A stretch of 64,000 bases of DNA from Cyanidioschyzon merolae (taxonomy: Eukaryota). Every line of letters begins with the position of its first letter. The first letter of the stretch is position 1. The position numbers were made by a program, and so were the translations under genes. Under the pieces are notes generated by a model. That model saw only the letters and a list, made by a program, of their open reading frames with translations, was not told the DNA's origin and searched no databases. Shown here piece after piece: positions 50,767-62,732 of this stretch. Location: assembly GCA_000091205.1 (NCBI GenBank), contig AP006497.2; one strand, 5' to 3'.

Positions 50767-53763
50767 ATGCACTACCCGGCGGGGAACGCACTGCAGCTCG
50801 GCTTTGAGCAGTGTTACTGGAGCCTTGTGGCGCCAAATGCTTGTCCGACGAACAACTCAGCTACTAGTGTATGCGGCGAGTGGGAGCCTGTCCCTGTAGT
50901 GGACGCGGTTCCAGCCCAGAGAGCTGACAGCGGAGCGAGACGATCGAGCTATGAGAAGCTTGTTGCCGCTTCTAGCGGTGACGACTCGAGTGTGCGGCTC
51001 GTTTGCGGCTCAGTGCCTGGTCACTTGTGCAGTGAACCTCGTTGCTCTATGACTGTGCTTTACTTTGAACCTGCGTTCGGACGCATGACGGATCACTTGC
51101 TCTGGATCGAAGAGCAGCCCGATGAAGGCCCTCTAACCGGCAACGCCGTCTTCGTCATGGAAAAGGCCACACATCAAGTGGAAATAGGATGGACGCAGTG
51201 GTCCATCAACCTACGACTGCACCCGCACCTGCAGTTCATTGCATGGGAGCCACCCATACGGAGCGCAGCTGGTGCGTCGCTCATGCTGCATCCTCAAAAC
51301 GGCGGTATGCAGCTCGCGTGGGTGGAGCTGCAGTTTGCTGCTGGAGAAGACTCTGCGCTGGTATATCTGTTGAGTGCTAAGGAGCTTCAACGGCTTCAGT
51401 TGACTCGCAGGCACGCTCGCCAATGGGAAATAGCGGATCTGGATTGCATTGAAATGGTCGTTCCGCTGCCGACACCAGTGCATAGAATCCTGCGATGGAT
51501 TCGGCCTTTTGTCGATTCTGACAAAGCCGTGGTTTTGCTCCATGAAAATCAGATATGCTCACTGCCTTCCGCCCAGCGCATCGACTTGAGTGCTCTAATC
51601 CAACCGAAAGGTCGCATTGATGATGTTGTTGCGCTCACCGATGATCGCATGCGGCAGGTGTGGCTCGCTCGCTGTGTCGATGGAACGACACACGCGATAG
51701 AGGTCGATGCCTCGTTTCGAGCGAGCCCGCTACCGATGATACCCACGTATCGAATGTGGCCGAGTGGTCGACTAGAGGCCACACGACCGCCAATTCCTCG
51801 TGTGTACGTAGTTCGTCAACCACGTTTCCCCGCTGTTGCGATGACGCAGCCAGATGCAGTTACCGCATCGATAGATGGTGATCGGGCGTCGCTCGCTCGA
51901 CATGCGGACGAAGGGCATCCAGCTGGGGCTGTGAGCCTCAGCTCACCATCACACGGAGCGAGGTCAGAGAGCGGCCCATCGCGTGCCTGCATAGTCACAG
52001 AACGCGACTCCGGCGGAATGCGCAGCCCACGATTGTTGCCCGGAAACTTTGTACCGAATCCGCTGACACAATCGCTGTCATCAAAGCGATCGGGGTCAGC
52101 GTGCAGCGATGTACTACCGACTGAAGACCCCGCACAGGGACATTCGTCGATGTCGATGTCGATGACCACCGCAGTCGGCGAGTCGGCACCGAATAGAAGC
52201 CTCGATAAGCGGTCGACGCATCGTTCTGCAGCGCAACGCATCCTCTATTCTACCGGATCCGGAGTCTGCCTCGTTGAGCTCGATGTTTCAAGCGGCGCTG
52301 TAGGCGAGCACATGGTCGTGGACGGAGTAGTTACCGGTCTGTGTTTCTTCGACAGCAGAGAGGCGTTGGTCGTACTGCGCTTGCCGGGCGATCCGCTGAT
52401 GAACGAGCGCATCGCTTGCTTCCCTGCGCACGTAGTGCATCCTTGGTTGACTGAGGGCCGGCAAGGTGCCTGGCCCTTTGCACCGCCGTGCTCCATGGAA
52501 CTTATGCTGGACGCAGTTACCGAAATTGCTGAAGATCGTCAGGCGCGCTTGCAGGAGCAACACGAGCAGCTTGAACGCACGCTGCTGGCGATGCGTCCCG
52601 CCCCGCAGTACGCTTACCTGCTCGGCAAGAACGAGCACGATCGTGAGCGCCTTGCCACCTTGTTCTCGGTGGGTGTCCGAACAGAGCGTGGCTTCGCAGA
52701 AGCGCCGTCATTACGGGTCGCTATACGCCTGTCGAGTGAGATCAGGGATGCGTCTGGGAGTCGACAGGAATTACCATCGCTCTCGGATGCCTGCAGCTTT
52801 GTCGTGCACTTGGGTGCGGCATTGGAAGCCATACCTGGTCCTCTTGCTGGCGCTTGCATGGACAACTTGAACGTGGTGCGATGCATCCCGGCCGGAGACT
52901 GGGTAAGCGCCACCGAAGAGCGTGTGATGCTGGTACCCTTGCCCGCCAACTCCCATGCACCAGTGCGGCTACTGGTGCTGCTCTGCTTTCATGGCCGTTT
53001 GGAGGATCCCGAAGCAGCATCGGCAGCAGTTGCGTCTGCGTCTGGATCGGAGGCTTGGCAGTTAGCTCCGCGAGGTAGCCAAGCCTGGTGGCTCGTGCTG
53101 ACAGAGCGGCATCTCGATGTATTCGACCTCGTCGAGCGCGTCACGGGTGCGGATTTTGCGGCAGCGCTACCCCTGGCACCATATCATCAAAAGCCGACTT
53201 GGTACGGCGACGTACCGATTTTGCCAGCAAGGAAGCGGCCGCGCTGCCAGCGACTTGTTGCTGGTATACCCGGGGCCGTTCTGCGCGAGACGTTCCCGTC
53301 GTGCTGGTCAAACGGCGATGATCGAGACACTGCTACGATTTTCGTTGAGACGCTGCTGGGCAGCAGATTCCAAGTACACATACAACGCCAGGACTCGGAC
53401 CTGGCTCGCTTCCAGGTCCAATTCAGCGGCCCGCTGGACGTGATTTCGTGGGCACGAGTTGCGCTCCGGGAGCGCTGCGACCGACATCGCTCTAGGCGTG
53501 AGGCGGCAGAGGCGCTCCCGGTCAGCGGAGGGCGCGCAGCGTCCAGGACGCCTCACCTGGTGGATTCTGAGTTTCTCAAAGCTTGGCTTGGCGCGCGAAC
53601 AGGGTCGTCAGCGCCTCCATTGTACCCGCGAACGACTGCAATGCCACTTAGACCAACTCCAGCGGAAGAGAGGCATCTGCTCGCCTGGATCCGCGACGGA
53701 TTAGCGACCTTTTCGGAACGTCTCGAGTCTGCGGAGCGGGTGTACGGCATCATTGCGCCTTAA
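50767..53763 (+). CDS. large hypothetical protein (998 aa), unrecognised; possibly a beta-propeller scaffold
   Basis: Long uninterrupted ORF with a protein-like, non-repetitive composition and host-like GC content. I recognise no family motif. Confidence 0.45.
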   Translation: MHYPAGNALQLGFEQCYWSLVAPNACPTNNSATSVCGEWEPVPVVDAVPAQRADSGARRSSYEKLVAASSGDDSSVRLVCGSVPGHLCSEPRCSMTVLYFEPAFGRMTDHLLWIEEQPDEGPLTGNAVFVMEKATHQVEIGWTQWSINLRLHPHLQFIAWEPPIRSAAGASLMLHPQNGGMQLAWVELQFAAGEDSALVYLLSAKELQRLQLTRRHARQWEIADLDCIEMVVPLPTPVHRILRWIRPFVDSDKAVVLLHENQICSLPSAQRIDLSALIQPKGRIDDVVALTDDRMRQVWLARCVDGTTHAIEVDASFRASPLPMIPTYRMWPSGRLEATRPPIPRVYVVRQPRFPAVAMTQPDAVTASIDGDRASLARHADEGHPAGAVSLSSPSHGARSESGPSRACIVTERDSGGMRSPRLLPGNFVPNPLTQSLSSKRSGSACSDVLPTEDPAQGHSSMSMSMTTAVGESAPNRSLDKRSTHRSAAQRILYSTGSGVCLVELDVSSGAVGEHMVVDGVVTGLCFFDSREALVVLRLPGDPLMNERIACFPAHVVHPWLTEGRQGAWPFAPPCSMELMLDAVTEIAEDRQARLQEQHEQLERTLLAMRPAPQYAYLLGKNEHDRERLATLFSVGVRTERGFAEAPSLRVAIRLSSEIRDASGSRQELPSLSDACSFVVHLGAALEAIPGPLAGACMDNLNVVRCIPAGDWVSATEERVMLVPLPANSHAPVRLLVLLCFHGRLEDPEAASAAVASASGSEAWQLAPRGSQAWWLVLTERHLDVFDLVERVTGADFAAALPLAPYHQKPTWYGDVPILPARKRPRCQRLVAGIPGAVLRETFPSCWSNGDDRDTATIFVETLLGSRFQVHIQRQDSDLARFQVQFSGPLDVISWARVALRERCDRHRSRREAAEALPVSGGRAASRTPHLVDSEFLKAWLGARTGSSAPPLYPRTTAMPLRPTPAEERHLLAWIRDGLATFSERLESAERVYGIIAP

Positions 53764-55571
53764 GCTCTGCTATGGACGAACGTTGAAATCACCGCTTGCT
53801 CAGTGTCGCTTGCGGAAACGAACAAACGCAAGATGGAAACGAGGTACCCCGGGCAACATCGCCGCCCGTATTGGAGCTGTTGTCGTCACAGGACGCTAAC
53901 GTGCTTGCTCCTGTGCGACGAGCTTGACGTGAGTGCGTACACATTCCCGACGTACGCTCGTATCTGCTGGCAGCGTTTGTCTGAACCTTGCGTGGCACCG
54001 ACCAGGCACTTGGCTTACCTTTTCTCACCAGGCAGTCTTTGTCTGAATTGATGATGTTGAACGGTTGAGCATGCCTCTGGTTGCTCGACTAAGCTTCAGG
54101 TGTCCCGAACGACATGCAAGTGCGTATTCCATCGATCGGTACGGTTCCTGTAGACTCCCTGCTGTGTCCTCGCTGTAATGTTCGGGATTCTCCCTATTGA
54201 TATCTTTCAGTCTGGAGGCGTTGACAACGATTCCAGACTGAGGTTACCGCTTCGACCGTTATCCATCCATGTTTATCCTCTTTCCGTACAAATTTTGGTC
54301 TTCTCTGTGCGATGATTTCTTCTTTTTTTGGTTTTTACTTGCCTGGATAGAATGGATTTGATCGCTGCGCATCATATCCGTTTGTGCATCCTCGGTGTTC
54401 AGACACATGCGATGCACAGCGGCATAGATATTCGCTTTTCTCTATCGATCTATATATCTGCAATTTTCTGAGTACTTTCCGGTCATCTTCCCCCTCGCGA
54501 GCACGCCAACAGATCAAAGCGCGTCTTCCCGCGCCTTATCGTACAAGAGCAGAGAACCCACACATCTGTTCTGGACTGCTCAAAGTAGACAAAAACTTGT
54601 CATACACTTTCAGTGCCGTGGGTGCGAAAGACTCGTCCATGGATCTCTCTGCATGCAGCTGACATACGACATCACAGAAGACGCTTTCGATTGCACGATA
54701 CCCGGGAGCATGTGCTGATCCCAAGCGCACCTCGAAGGTCAACCGCTGCTGCATGCTCCCTGACCAATTTTGAGTGACGGAAAATAACGTTGTTATCGAG
54801 CATGACAGAAAAACATCGCATGGAACTAGCGCAAAGCACTTCAACGGAGAATGACACACATAGAACGATTCTATTCGTTCGGCGATCAACATGCGATCAC
54901 GAAATGGATGGGCGCCTAGTACGAATCTTGTCGCCGTGCTCGCTTGGGTCGTGCTCTCGGCCAGCAGTTTGCGTTTCTACGAGTGCACAAACAATTTCTC
55001 TGATTTTTCTCCACTGAATAATCGTCCAGTGAAACAGACATCCGTCCCAGATGAAGCAAGATTCTGTAAGAATCAGCACAGAATCAGTTGTGCGCGAGAC
55101 CCGACGCGTGAGCGTCTCCGATCGAAGCGTACCGCTTTTGCCTCGCTCATTGCTGTCCGCATGAAGGGTATGAGAACCTCATCTCCTGAGGGTACTCTAA
55201 CCATTTATCTCAGAGAGTATGAAGAATGCATATATTGACGAGGAGGTACGCTTGGAAGTCGAATCTGGTGCATTCTGTTTTGCGTATAGTACGCACCGTA
55301 TAAAGACGAGAAGTTGTTCATTCATTTGCTGACCGTAGAGTAACTGACCTGGACAAGTAGGGTCGTTTTCGGCAAGCCACCAGTGACAGTACCCACTCGC
55401 TCAGCGATACGCTTCTTCTGATGAATATCTGCGAGCAAAACACTCAAACTCAACATGCTCGTGCTGCCACCGGTCATCCAGAATGCACGGCGCTGCGTGT
55501 CATGCACCGTATACAGCGTGCACTGGATTGCGGCAACGTTTCGCGATCCACTCAAGTATAACTCCTCAAGT

Positions 55572-57653
55572 TTATGACTTGTTCTGGTTGGATTCACTGC
55601 CTTCCAGCACGGACGGCATGCGATACAACCGCAACGACTGTCGATGCGCTTCTTTTGTCAAGATCGCCCGCTCCCCATCCGCGAGTAAACTGAAACATAC
55701 TTGGACTAAATGGTTCATGATTCCCCACATATTCCGCGTATTCACGCCAATCTGCTTCGCAAATTCGTTCGGCTTGTATGCCTGCATACCCAGGATCACG
55801 TGATTGCGTGTATCACGAGGGTTGACCCGCGACACAAAGCCCAGTTTCAGCTGATCCGCGCCAGCTATCAGCGCTAACACTGTCCAGCGAACGAGTTTGG
55901 CGGTGTGATTGCGCAGCTCCGTCGCCAAAACACTGCCACGCTGGGCGTCGAGACGTGTACGCCAGTCGCCCACACCTCCCCCGGCAGTGGCACCAGCAGC
56001 GCCTACAGCACTTCCAGAGCTGCCGCCAGCGCGTACATTCGTGTCCGGTATTTCGTTGAGCGCGCGCAAAAGGATCAAGGCCGGAGCAGTGGATTCTCCC
56101 GCAAACGCTGGTCCAGTAGTTTCCAGTGCTGCATCAACTTCACAGCGCGCAATCAGTTCCAGCTCATCCGACAGCTCCCATCGGCGATAGCGGTAACCCA
56201 CGAGAACCGCATCCGTCGCACTGTCGGTGAAAGGGCTCTCGCCAGCAAACCGATACGGCTCAAGGTCAGCGCGGAGCACGCTCTGAGAAAAGTTGTGATT
56301 GATACGTGCCGCTTCCAGAGCGTTGCTTTGCGCCTGCTGAAGTGCAAACAGCATGTTGGCCCCAGCAAAGGCCAGTCCAGAGCGCTGACTGTTATCCGTA
56401 ATGGTCTCGAACATGGTAAGCGTCTCTACCTGGCTATCTGGACGCCTGTCGATAACCAGCACGTTACCGTGCCGTTCGACGACCACATCCCATGGATAGC
56501 TCGATTTCGGAGCCGCCATCAGCAGTGCCAGCAGCGGCCCTGTGGTGAGCACGCGTCGTTTCTCCGTGGGCGCGTCAGCTGCTCCATGATCGCTGTGCTC
56601 TAAATCGCTCCGATAGGACTGCATACGTGGATCTTCATTGACAGTTGGATAGAGTCGCTTGCGCTGCTCGAAGGATGCCAGCGGCCGAGGTTGCTTGCAC
56701 GAAATACGATCACAGCTCTTGTCGTAGTAGCTAACTGCTCCGCGTTCACAGAGCATTTCCGCTTCCGGGATATCTTGTCCGAGTTCCATCTTGATCAGCT
56801 TCGCAAAGGGTATTTCAACCAGCAGCGTCCACTGAGAGGTGCCCTCTAGTGTCAGCAGCGGTACTGCGTCCACAAATGGACTCAGCAAGCTTTCGTCGCG
56901 GTTGCTTGCCTGGGCGTTTCCGGTACGTGCGAGCTGGGTCGTCGGTGCGCCGGCTGCTCCGAGGAGCGGCGTCGTTGCACTGGTTTGCTTGCCCGCGCCA
57001 AAAGCACCCGACACACTCGAGCCGGCAGCCGTTGATGCCACCGCTCCACCGCGTGCAAGCGCTGCTGCTGTTGTACGTCTCGCCGGGGCACCGCCCCGAG
57101 CAGCCCCAGCACCACCTCCATAGCCAGAACGCTGCTGCTCTCGGTAGGCGCCATAACCCGCTTGAGCTGCACGCTCTCGACCGGATCCTTCGACAAGCGT
57201 GAAGCCCTCGTTCCCTGCAGATCGGCTTCCAGCGCCCGTGAACCGGGTTGTAGCCAGTGCGGACTCTTCGTCGCCGAGGCCGTTCGTTAGCCCCGTCGAC
57301 GCTCGACCGCGCTCGCGAGGCGTTGCCTTCTGGTGACGTCGACCCCGTCTTCCTAGCTCATCCTCTCTTGTATCCTCTTCTGCAGCCCATACGCTTTGGG
57401 CATCATTGCCGATCTGGGACGCTGCTGCTGCTCCCGCAAAGTCCGCTACCCGTCCGAGTCGCTCCAGCCGAGTGAACGGGGCGTACGGCACGTGGCGATA
57501 GCGATCGGGCCCCAAGTCCAGTGGTGGTCCCCAGCCCTCGGGATTTTCATAGAAACTGAGTCGTTCATAGAGCGCACCAGAGGGCATAGCTGGTGTCAAA
57601 CGAATGAAGCTGATTCTTGGCAGACAAGGGCGCTCACTGATACCCGACTGCAA
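55572..57653 (-). CDS. EIF3D: eukaryotic translation initiation factor 3 subunit D (eIF3d)
   Basis: ENPEGWGPP, VPYAPFTRLERLGRVADF, ARINHNFSQSVLR, VGYRYRRWELSDELELIARCE, WRTRLDAQRGSVLATELRNHTAKLVRWT, YKPNEFA and VILGMQ are all conserved eIF3d blocks in the correct order. Gly/Ala-rich insertions are present. The start is probably the Met near 57587 (MPSGALYERLSFYENPEGWGPP). Confidence 0.9.
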   Translation of the reverse strand: MQSGISERPCLPRISFIRLTPAMPSGALYERLSFYENPEGWGPPLDLGPDRYRHVPYAPFTRLERLGRVADFAGAAAASQIGNDAQSVWAAEEDTREDELGRRGRRHQKATPRERGRASTGLTNGLGDEESALATTRFTGAGSRSAGNEGFTLVEGSGRERAAQAGYGAYREQQRSGYGGGAGAARGGAPARRTTAAALARGGAVASTAAGSSVSGAFGAGKQTSATTPLLGAAGAPTTQLARTGNAQASNRDESLLSPFVDAVPLLTLEGTSQWTLLVEIPFAKLIKMELGQDIPEAEMLCERGAVSYYDKSCDRISCKQPRPLASFEQRKRLYPTVNEDPRMQSYRSDLEHSDHGAADAPTEKRRVLTTGPLLALLMAAPKSSYPWDVVVERHGNVLVIDRRPDSQVETLTMFETITDNSQRSGLAFAGANMLFALQQAQSNALEAARINHNFSQSVLRADLEPYRFAGESPFTDSATDAVLVGYRYRRWELSDELELIARCEVDAALETTGPAFAGESTAPALILLRALNEIPDTNVRAGGSSGSAVGAAGATAGGGVGDWRTRLDAQRGSVLATELRNHTAKLVRWTVLALIAGADQLKLGFVSRVNPRDTRNHVILGMQAYKPNEFAKQIGVNTRNMWGIMNHLVQVCFSLLADGERAILTKEAHRQSLRLYRMPSVLEGSESNQNKS

Positions 57654-58094
57654 ACATGAAGGACGCAGCAGCGGCGCCGCTGCATCCGTAGGCTCTGATC
57701 GCTTCCGTTCACGAATAAGCAGACTGCATTGCTTTAACGACTGACTTTTTTTAACGACAGCTCTGGTATCCTGGATGAACTGAGGTTGCTTTTTAGTTCA
57801 TCGGTAACATCGGCGTATGCGGTAGAAAGCTGGATAGGTTCATCTATCTTGGACCGGAAAAGCCGATTTGGGTGTAGGGTACGCGGAACCGTTTGCAGAA
57901 GAACTGGGTTTGCACTCTTTGCCCTTCATTAGTGATATTCACGTTTTCCTAAGCGACCAAGGGCGCTTTGCGTTACACCCCGCGAAGACGTCATCGAAGA
58001 CAAGAGGCGGGGCACGTGTGCACCGAGACAACGCGGCAGCGAACGGTAACCTTCGAAGCAGTCGCGGTGCTTTCGACACCGTACGAGTTATTGA

Positions 58095-59126
58095 ATGGAG
58101 GCGCAAGAGCGTTCTGTCGATGACGCAAAGGACACCTGTATTGGACAGAAACTTTCGAAACGAAGACCTGTTGGCTGCAGCGTGGATTGCGCGTTGGGCT
58201 TCAGCGCTCCGAGCGGACCGCCTACGGTACCGCTCCGCCGGGTGCTCCTGCCAGCGTCTCGCGTTAGAACGCCTCCATGTCGTGAGGCGTCCCGTTCAGG
58301 AACAGTGTGCTCCACGAGAAACGTTCCCGGAATCGCCCGTATTGCTTGCAAGTCCAGAGGAGCGTTGCGAGCACGAAAAATTGGTACACAGCGAGCTGTG
58401 ATCGTACTTCGGCACGCACAGCGACCACCGTTACTTTGGGGAAAACCGTCGCCAGCACTAGTCTTTGGTCTGGGAACCCTGCTTGCTGCTGCACTGGTCT
58501 GGAACCGTCTGGCGAACCTAACACTGGTGGAAGGTACACGAGCGCGTGCCGATCTCGTAGGTGCGATTGCAAGCAGTGCGCTCCTGTTGTATGCGGTGAG
58601 TGCCTGGCAAATAGAGGTTCGCAGCACAGCTCCGGTACGCATTCGGGACGGGCACCATCTAGAGCAGACAGAGACTATTGCCTTGGGAGGCGAACTTGAA
58701 ACCGCCTTGGCATGGCTCATTGATACGGTGTTTGGGGCGTGCGCGAATGTCACGACTGCGGTCTGGCTGACAGGTGATAATACCGGCCGCATCGTTGCCC
58801 AGCGGGGCATGGTCAAGGCAGCACTTGGATCCCAGGTTGATCTAAGGCGTTTTGAAGAGCTGGGCGTATTGAACCTCCGCGACCCGGTGAGCTCAAGGTA
58901 CTTTGCGGACCTGAAAACCGTCCCACGAAGCATCGAGTGGCAACAACTGCTACCAGCGGATACACAGTCCGCCTGGCTGGGTACCTTTAAGGCGCCACTC
59001 CAGCGTGATGGATCGCAACCTGCCCAGTCTTGTTTTCTGCTGATCCTTGGTTGCAACAAGATACGAGGTTTCTTGGATAAGGACCTGGAGATGTTGGCAT
59101 GCTTCCAGCAGCAGTGGATGCCATGA
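58095..59126 (+). CDS. hypothetical protein with one or two predicted transmembrane helices
   Basis: LVFGLGTLLAAALVWNRL and ALLLYAVSAWQI are hydrophobic segments. This strand reads more protein-like than the overlapping Ser/Arg-rich antisense ORF 58088..59191. Confidence 0.3.
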   Translation: MEAQERSVDDAKDTCIGQKLSKRRPVGCSVDCALGFSAPSGPPTVPLRRVLLPASRVRTPPCREASRSGTVCSTRNVPGIARIACKSRGALRARKIGTQRAVIVLRHAQRPPLLWGKPSPALVFGLGTLLAAALVWNRLANLTLVEGTRARADLVGAIASSALLLYAVSAWQIEVRSTAPVRIRDGHHLEQTETIALGGELETALAWLIDTVFGACANVTTAVWLTGDNTGRIVAQRGMVKAALGSQVDLRRFEELGVLNLRDPVSSRYFADLKTVPRSIEWQQLLPADTQSAWLGTFKAPLQRDGSQPAQSCFLLILGCNKIRGFLDKDLEMLACFQQQWMP

Positions 59127-61734
59127 TGCAGCAGAGCGAAGGACGACATTCGTCGTCGACGGGAGCAGCGGCCGGTCGCCGTGTTCCGCATGACCAGGAT
59201 TTGCGTGGGAGTCCCAATGCTGTGGAGAGGAGAGCTGCCGAACTCCTTCGGGCTCGAGTGGCTGCATGCGACAGCGTCTCCTACAATCTAAAGGAGATAT
59301 CTGTGAACGCCCGACAACTACGCGAACTTAACATCAATCAATGCACTACCTTCCGTTTGGTATCGTACCGCTCGAGGGCATGCTGCGTGGACCATGCGCG
59401 CTCTCCCTGGTATTTCTACGGCGAGTGTTGCGCTGGATATCCGAAGAGCTGCAGGCGCGTTCATCGGACAACTTAACTGTAGTTTCGCTGCCGTCAGCCA
59501 ACGAGCGCCTTCCTCGCATATTCAGGATAATGAAGCTAACCTAGGGACAGCGCTGGCATACTCATATCGCCATCGTGGCGTTCGCGTGTGCCGCGCGCTC
59601 AACACCGGTGTCAGGTGATCGTAGAGCATTGAACAGCTCGCGATGTTCCCGCCTTGGGATCTTGTTCAGAACCTTTTCATGGATATATAGCCTCAAAATT
59701 CGAAGTAAAGCAATAGGGGTTTATGGATGCAAACGAGGTTTTAGGATTCGCGGTTGTCGTTTTCCAATGCCTGCTTCGACGCGCTGCCGCTGGGACCCTG
59801 TACGCTACGAGAATCAAGATGATTCGCAAAGAAATCAAAAAAGGATCTCGTGAAATAACCATAACCGACACCCACTGCATACGTCCTAGCGTCGACGCTT
59901 CTCTTTTGTTTACGTGTAGCGCGCTCAAATAACACATTCTTCAAGTCTTCGATCTTTCAAGGCAATTCGTAGGCGCTGCGATTCACGCCGCTTGATGAAC
60001 GAGGGAACAGAACTCGAAGTCATGTCTTGGCTAATTTTGCACCTGCTCATGCCGAAACTTCATTGAACCGCTCACCTAAAATAATCATCTCTGCTCGAAA
60101 GAAAAACCATCGTCTTTGGGCGAACAACGACGAACCGGCGTTCCCTAACAGCCTCAGCATGATACCCCTCACGGGATGTGCGCCTTGAGGCACCCGCATC
60201 CTCTGTTTGCACGTAAAGGGTCTCGGACTAGGCCTTGAGTCGGTGCAGTGATGCTTTCCAGTGGAGCGTGCGACATCCCGGTACAAGAAGCGAGCCGAGG
60301 CAGGTCGAAATCGCTCGCTTTGATCCCCATTCTCGATTTTCCTTCTGGTACGTGTGCGGCATCATGGATAACCTCGGGTGCCACAAATCTTCTGTGCTAT
60401 GGAGCAGCATGCGCTAGTGTGTGCGGCGGAGCGCTTTCTCGCCAAGGATATCAACCAGACCAGACCCGTGATCGTAGAATACGGCATCGAGCGCGGAAAA
60501 GGAGCAGGGCATCGAGAGTAGCGTTCTGTTCAGGTCATGCGTATGTACAGCACAGAGAGTCAAGCGGTCACGTGCCACAATACGAATCCCAGTTGAGGAG
60601 TCATTGGAGAGGGTATGGGCATAGGTGTCACCTGTCGAGTGTCACCTTGGCGAAATGCGCACCGAGGCTGCATACAAGTACGATGCAACTGGCGAGCGAA
60701 GCGTCGATCACCACGACTGTCTATATATGGAATGCGTCGACAACAGCTGGCAGCCAAGAAATCGGGACTTGAACAATGCCATCAGCATGCTTCGACCACT
60801 GACAACGAAGCTGGAGGAGCGGCGAGACTGGCGTCCTTGAAGCCGGCGATAAGAGACAGAAAACCGGTCCAGTTGCGGAAAACGCTCGCAAATTCTCGTG
60901 GCGGTGATCGTGAGAAGAGGCCCGAAAAATAATTATATCGTACACTCGACTAACAAGGCCCGCTTCTTTTCATGCCGACGTGGGTGTAAACCCGTCGACG
61001 CAGCCGGCCCCGTCATCCGACCAGATACTGCAAGGACACATGTCAGAATACGGTGCACTCGTACCAGCAGTTCGGTGTGGCGCTCACCACCATCGGATCA
61101 TGCCGTACGCAAGCAATCGATCAATACAAGACGCCCGAGAAGACAGTTCATCGACAACTCGATCACCGCTATGTCGGATAAACCCGCCTTTTTACCGTCG
61201 CCAATGCTTCGATTCGTCTGAGAAGCATGATCGATTCTGTCGGAATGAGCGTCGAATGAAAACGGCGGACTGCGTTCTGGAACCGCAGCGAACTCGGATA
61301 CGAGATCCCCACCCCGGGAACAGCTCTTTAGGGACAGAGACTCCTGGGCCTGTAGACAAGCGGAACAAACGTCGCGGTCAAGATGCACGCGTACGAATCT
61401 CGGTATCGTCGAATCCCGAACCCGACATGACACCGCAACGCCTACCCGATCCGGAGCCGGAGAGAGTTCATGCTGTGGATATACTCAAGTCGAGTTGGCC
61501 TCGTTAAGCGTTTCACCGGAACGCGACACAATGCCCAGATGTAGCGACACGATCAGCAATGATAGCACCAACATTGCGTCCGCTGGAGCATCATAGCATT
61601 CGTTTGCTATCCGATACGAACGTCGATTCAGTACAAGCGGGCATGCCAGCCCAGACTAGGAAGTTCCCAGTCCGAAAGGCGTCGTCATGCAGTGCTGGAT
61701 TCCATTTTACGACGATTGCGGTGAGTATCTGTAC

Positions 61735-61790
61735 CGCTGCTGCTGCGGCTGGTGGCGGTGGTGGCGGTGGCGGCGGCGGCGGTGATATCC
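61735..61790. repeat. GGN/GCN low-complexity repeat (poly-Gly/poly-Ala/poly-Pro in the three frames)
   Basis: gctgctgctgcggctggtggcggtggtggcggtggcggcggcggcggt read directly. Confidence 0.8.
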
Positions 61791-62732
61791 GTCCAGACCG
61801 CCGCGTAACCCAGCCAGCAAGCAGCCGTGAACATGCAACAGGGCCACAACACCCAGTTCTGCACACCCTCGCCTACAGACTCATTCGAAAGATGGTGAAT
61901 AAAGAATACTGGTAGTGTATATCTTCATTGCAACCGCTCGAGCGTGGTGCAAGACACAGTTCTAATCATCGTCTGTAAGCAGTAGGTGGATGACGTCTGC
62001 GGCATCGGCAGCGATGATAGCGCGGGTTGCATCCCCGCGGCCTCGCTTGCCGTTTTGCGTTTCATGCGCACTAACATGAATTCGCGTGCTCGATGACGCT
62101 TCTTGCAAGGCATGAACGCATGCCCGATGACAAGCGCCCACCTGAACTTGACTGCTAGAAAGCAAAGCAGGTGCAGTTTCCTAATCGTTCCAGCAGAAGC
62201 ACCACCGCGTAGGCTCTTCCCATTTTGTTTTTGGTGAACCGCCGTTTCGGAACTTGCCGCGAGACTTCCTGCGCCCGTCAAGGGCGTGCTCCGATATCGT
62301 ACGCGCATCGCTTGCGAGCAAGACGGTGCGATTCGTCGTACTCGATCGCTGTTGCTGGTGGCAGCGTTAGCGCTTGTCTCGCGCCCCGAGTATCAGCGCT
62401 CAGCCGCTGATGATGTCCATCGCGTTTCGTGCCTGCCCGTGCGCTTGCTACCCAAGGGGCTGCTAGCTCGCGGGTCCATGTTGCGGTGAAGCGGTCGTCT
62501 GAAGCACAAGATGCAGTCGTCAGGCGTTCCTGACGGTCGCGCACGCGCTCCGACCCAGAGAGCTCTCTCCTCCGAGCATCGCCGAGCAGGACGCCAATTC
62601 GCTCTCCCGGACCGAGGTTCATCAACGAGTCCAGTACCGGTAGACGTCATCGGTTTTGAAACAGAAGAGGACTCCAACCGACTTCGAGCACTTCTCTGTC
62701 CCCAGATGGACGCTGGACACAAATACACGCGC

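Noticed and set aside
58088-59191. 367-aa minus-strand ORF
   Set aside because: It overlaps the plus-strand ORF 58095..59126 almost completely. Its translation is Ser/Arg/Ala-rich and low complexity, and the plus strand looks more protein-like, though neither is proven.
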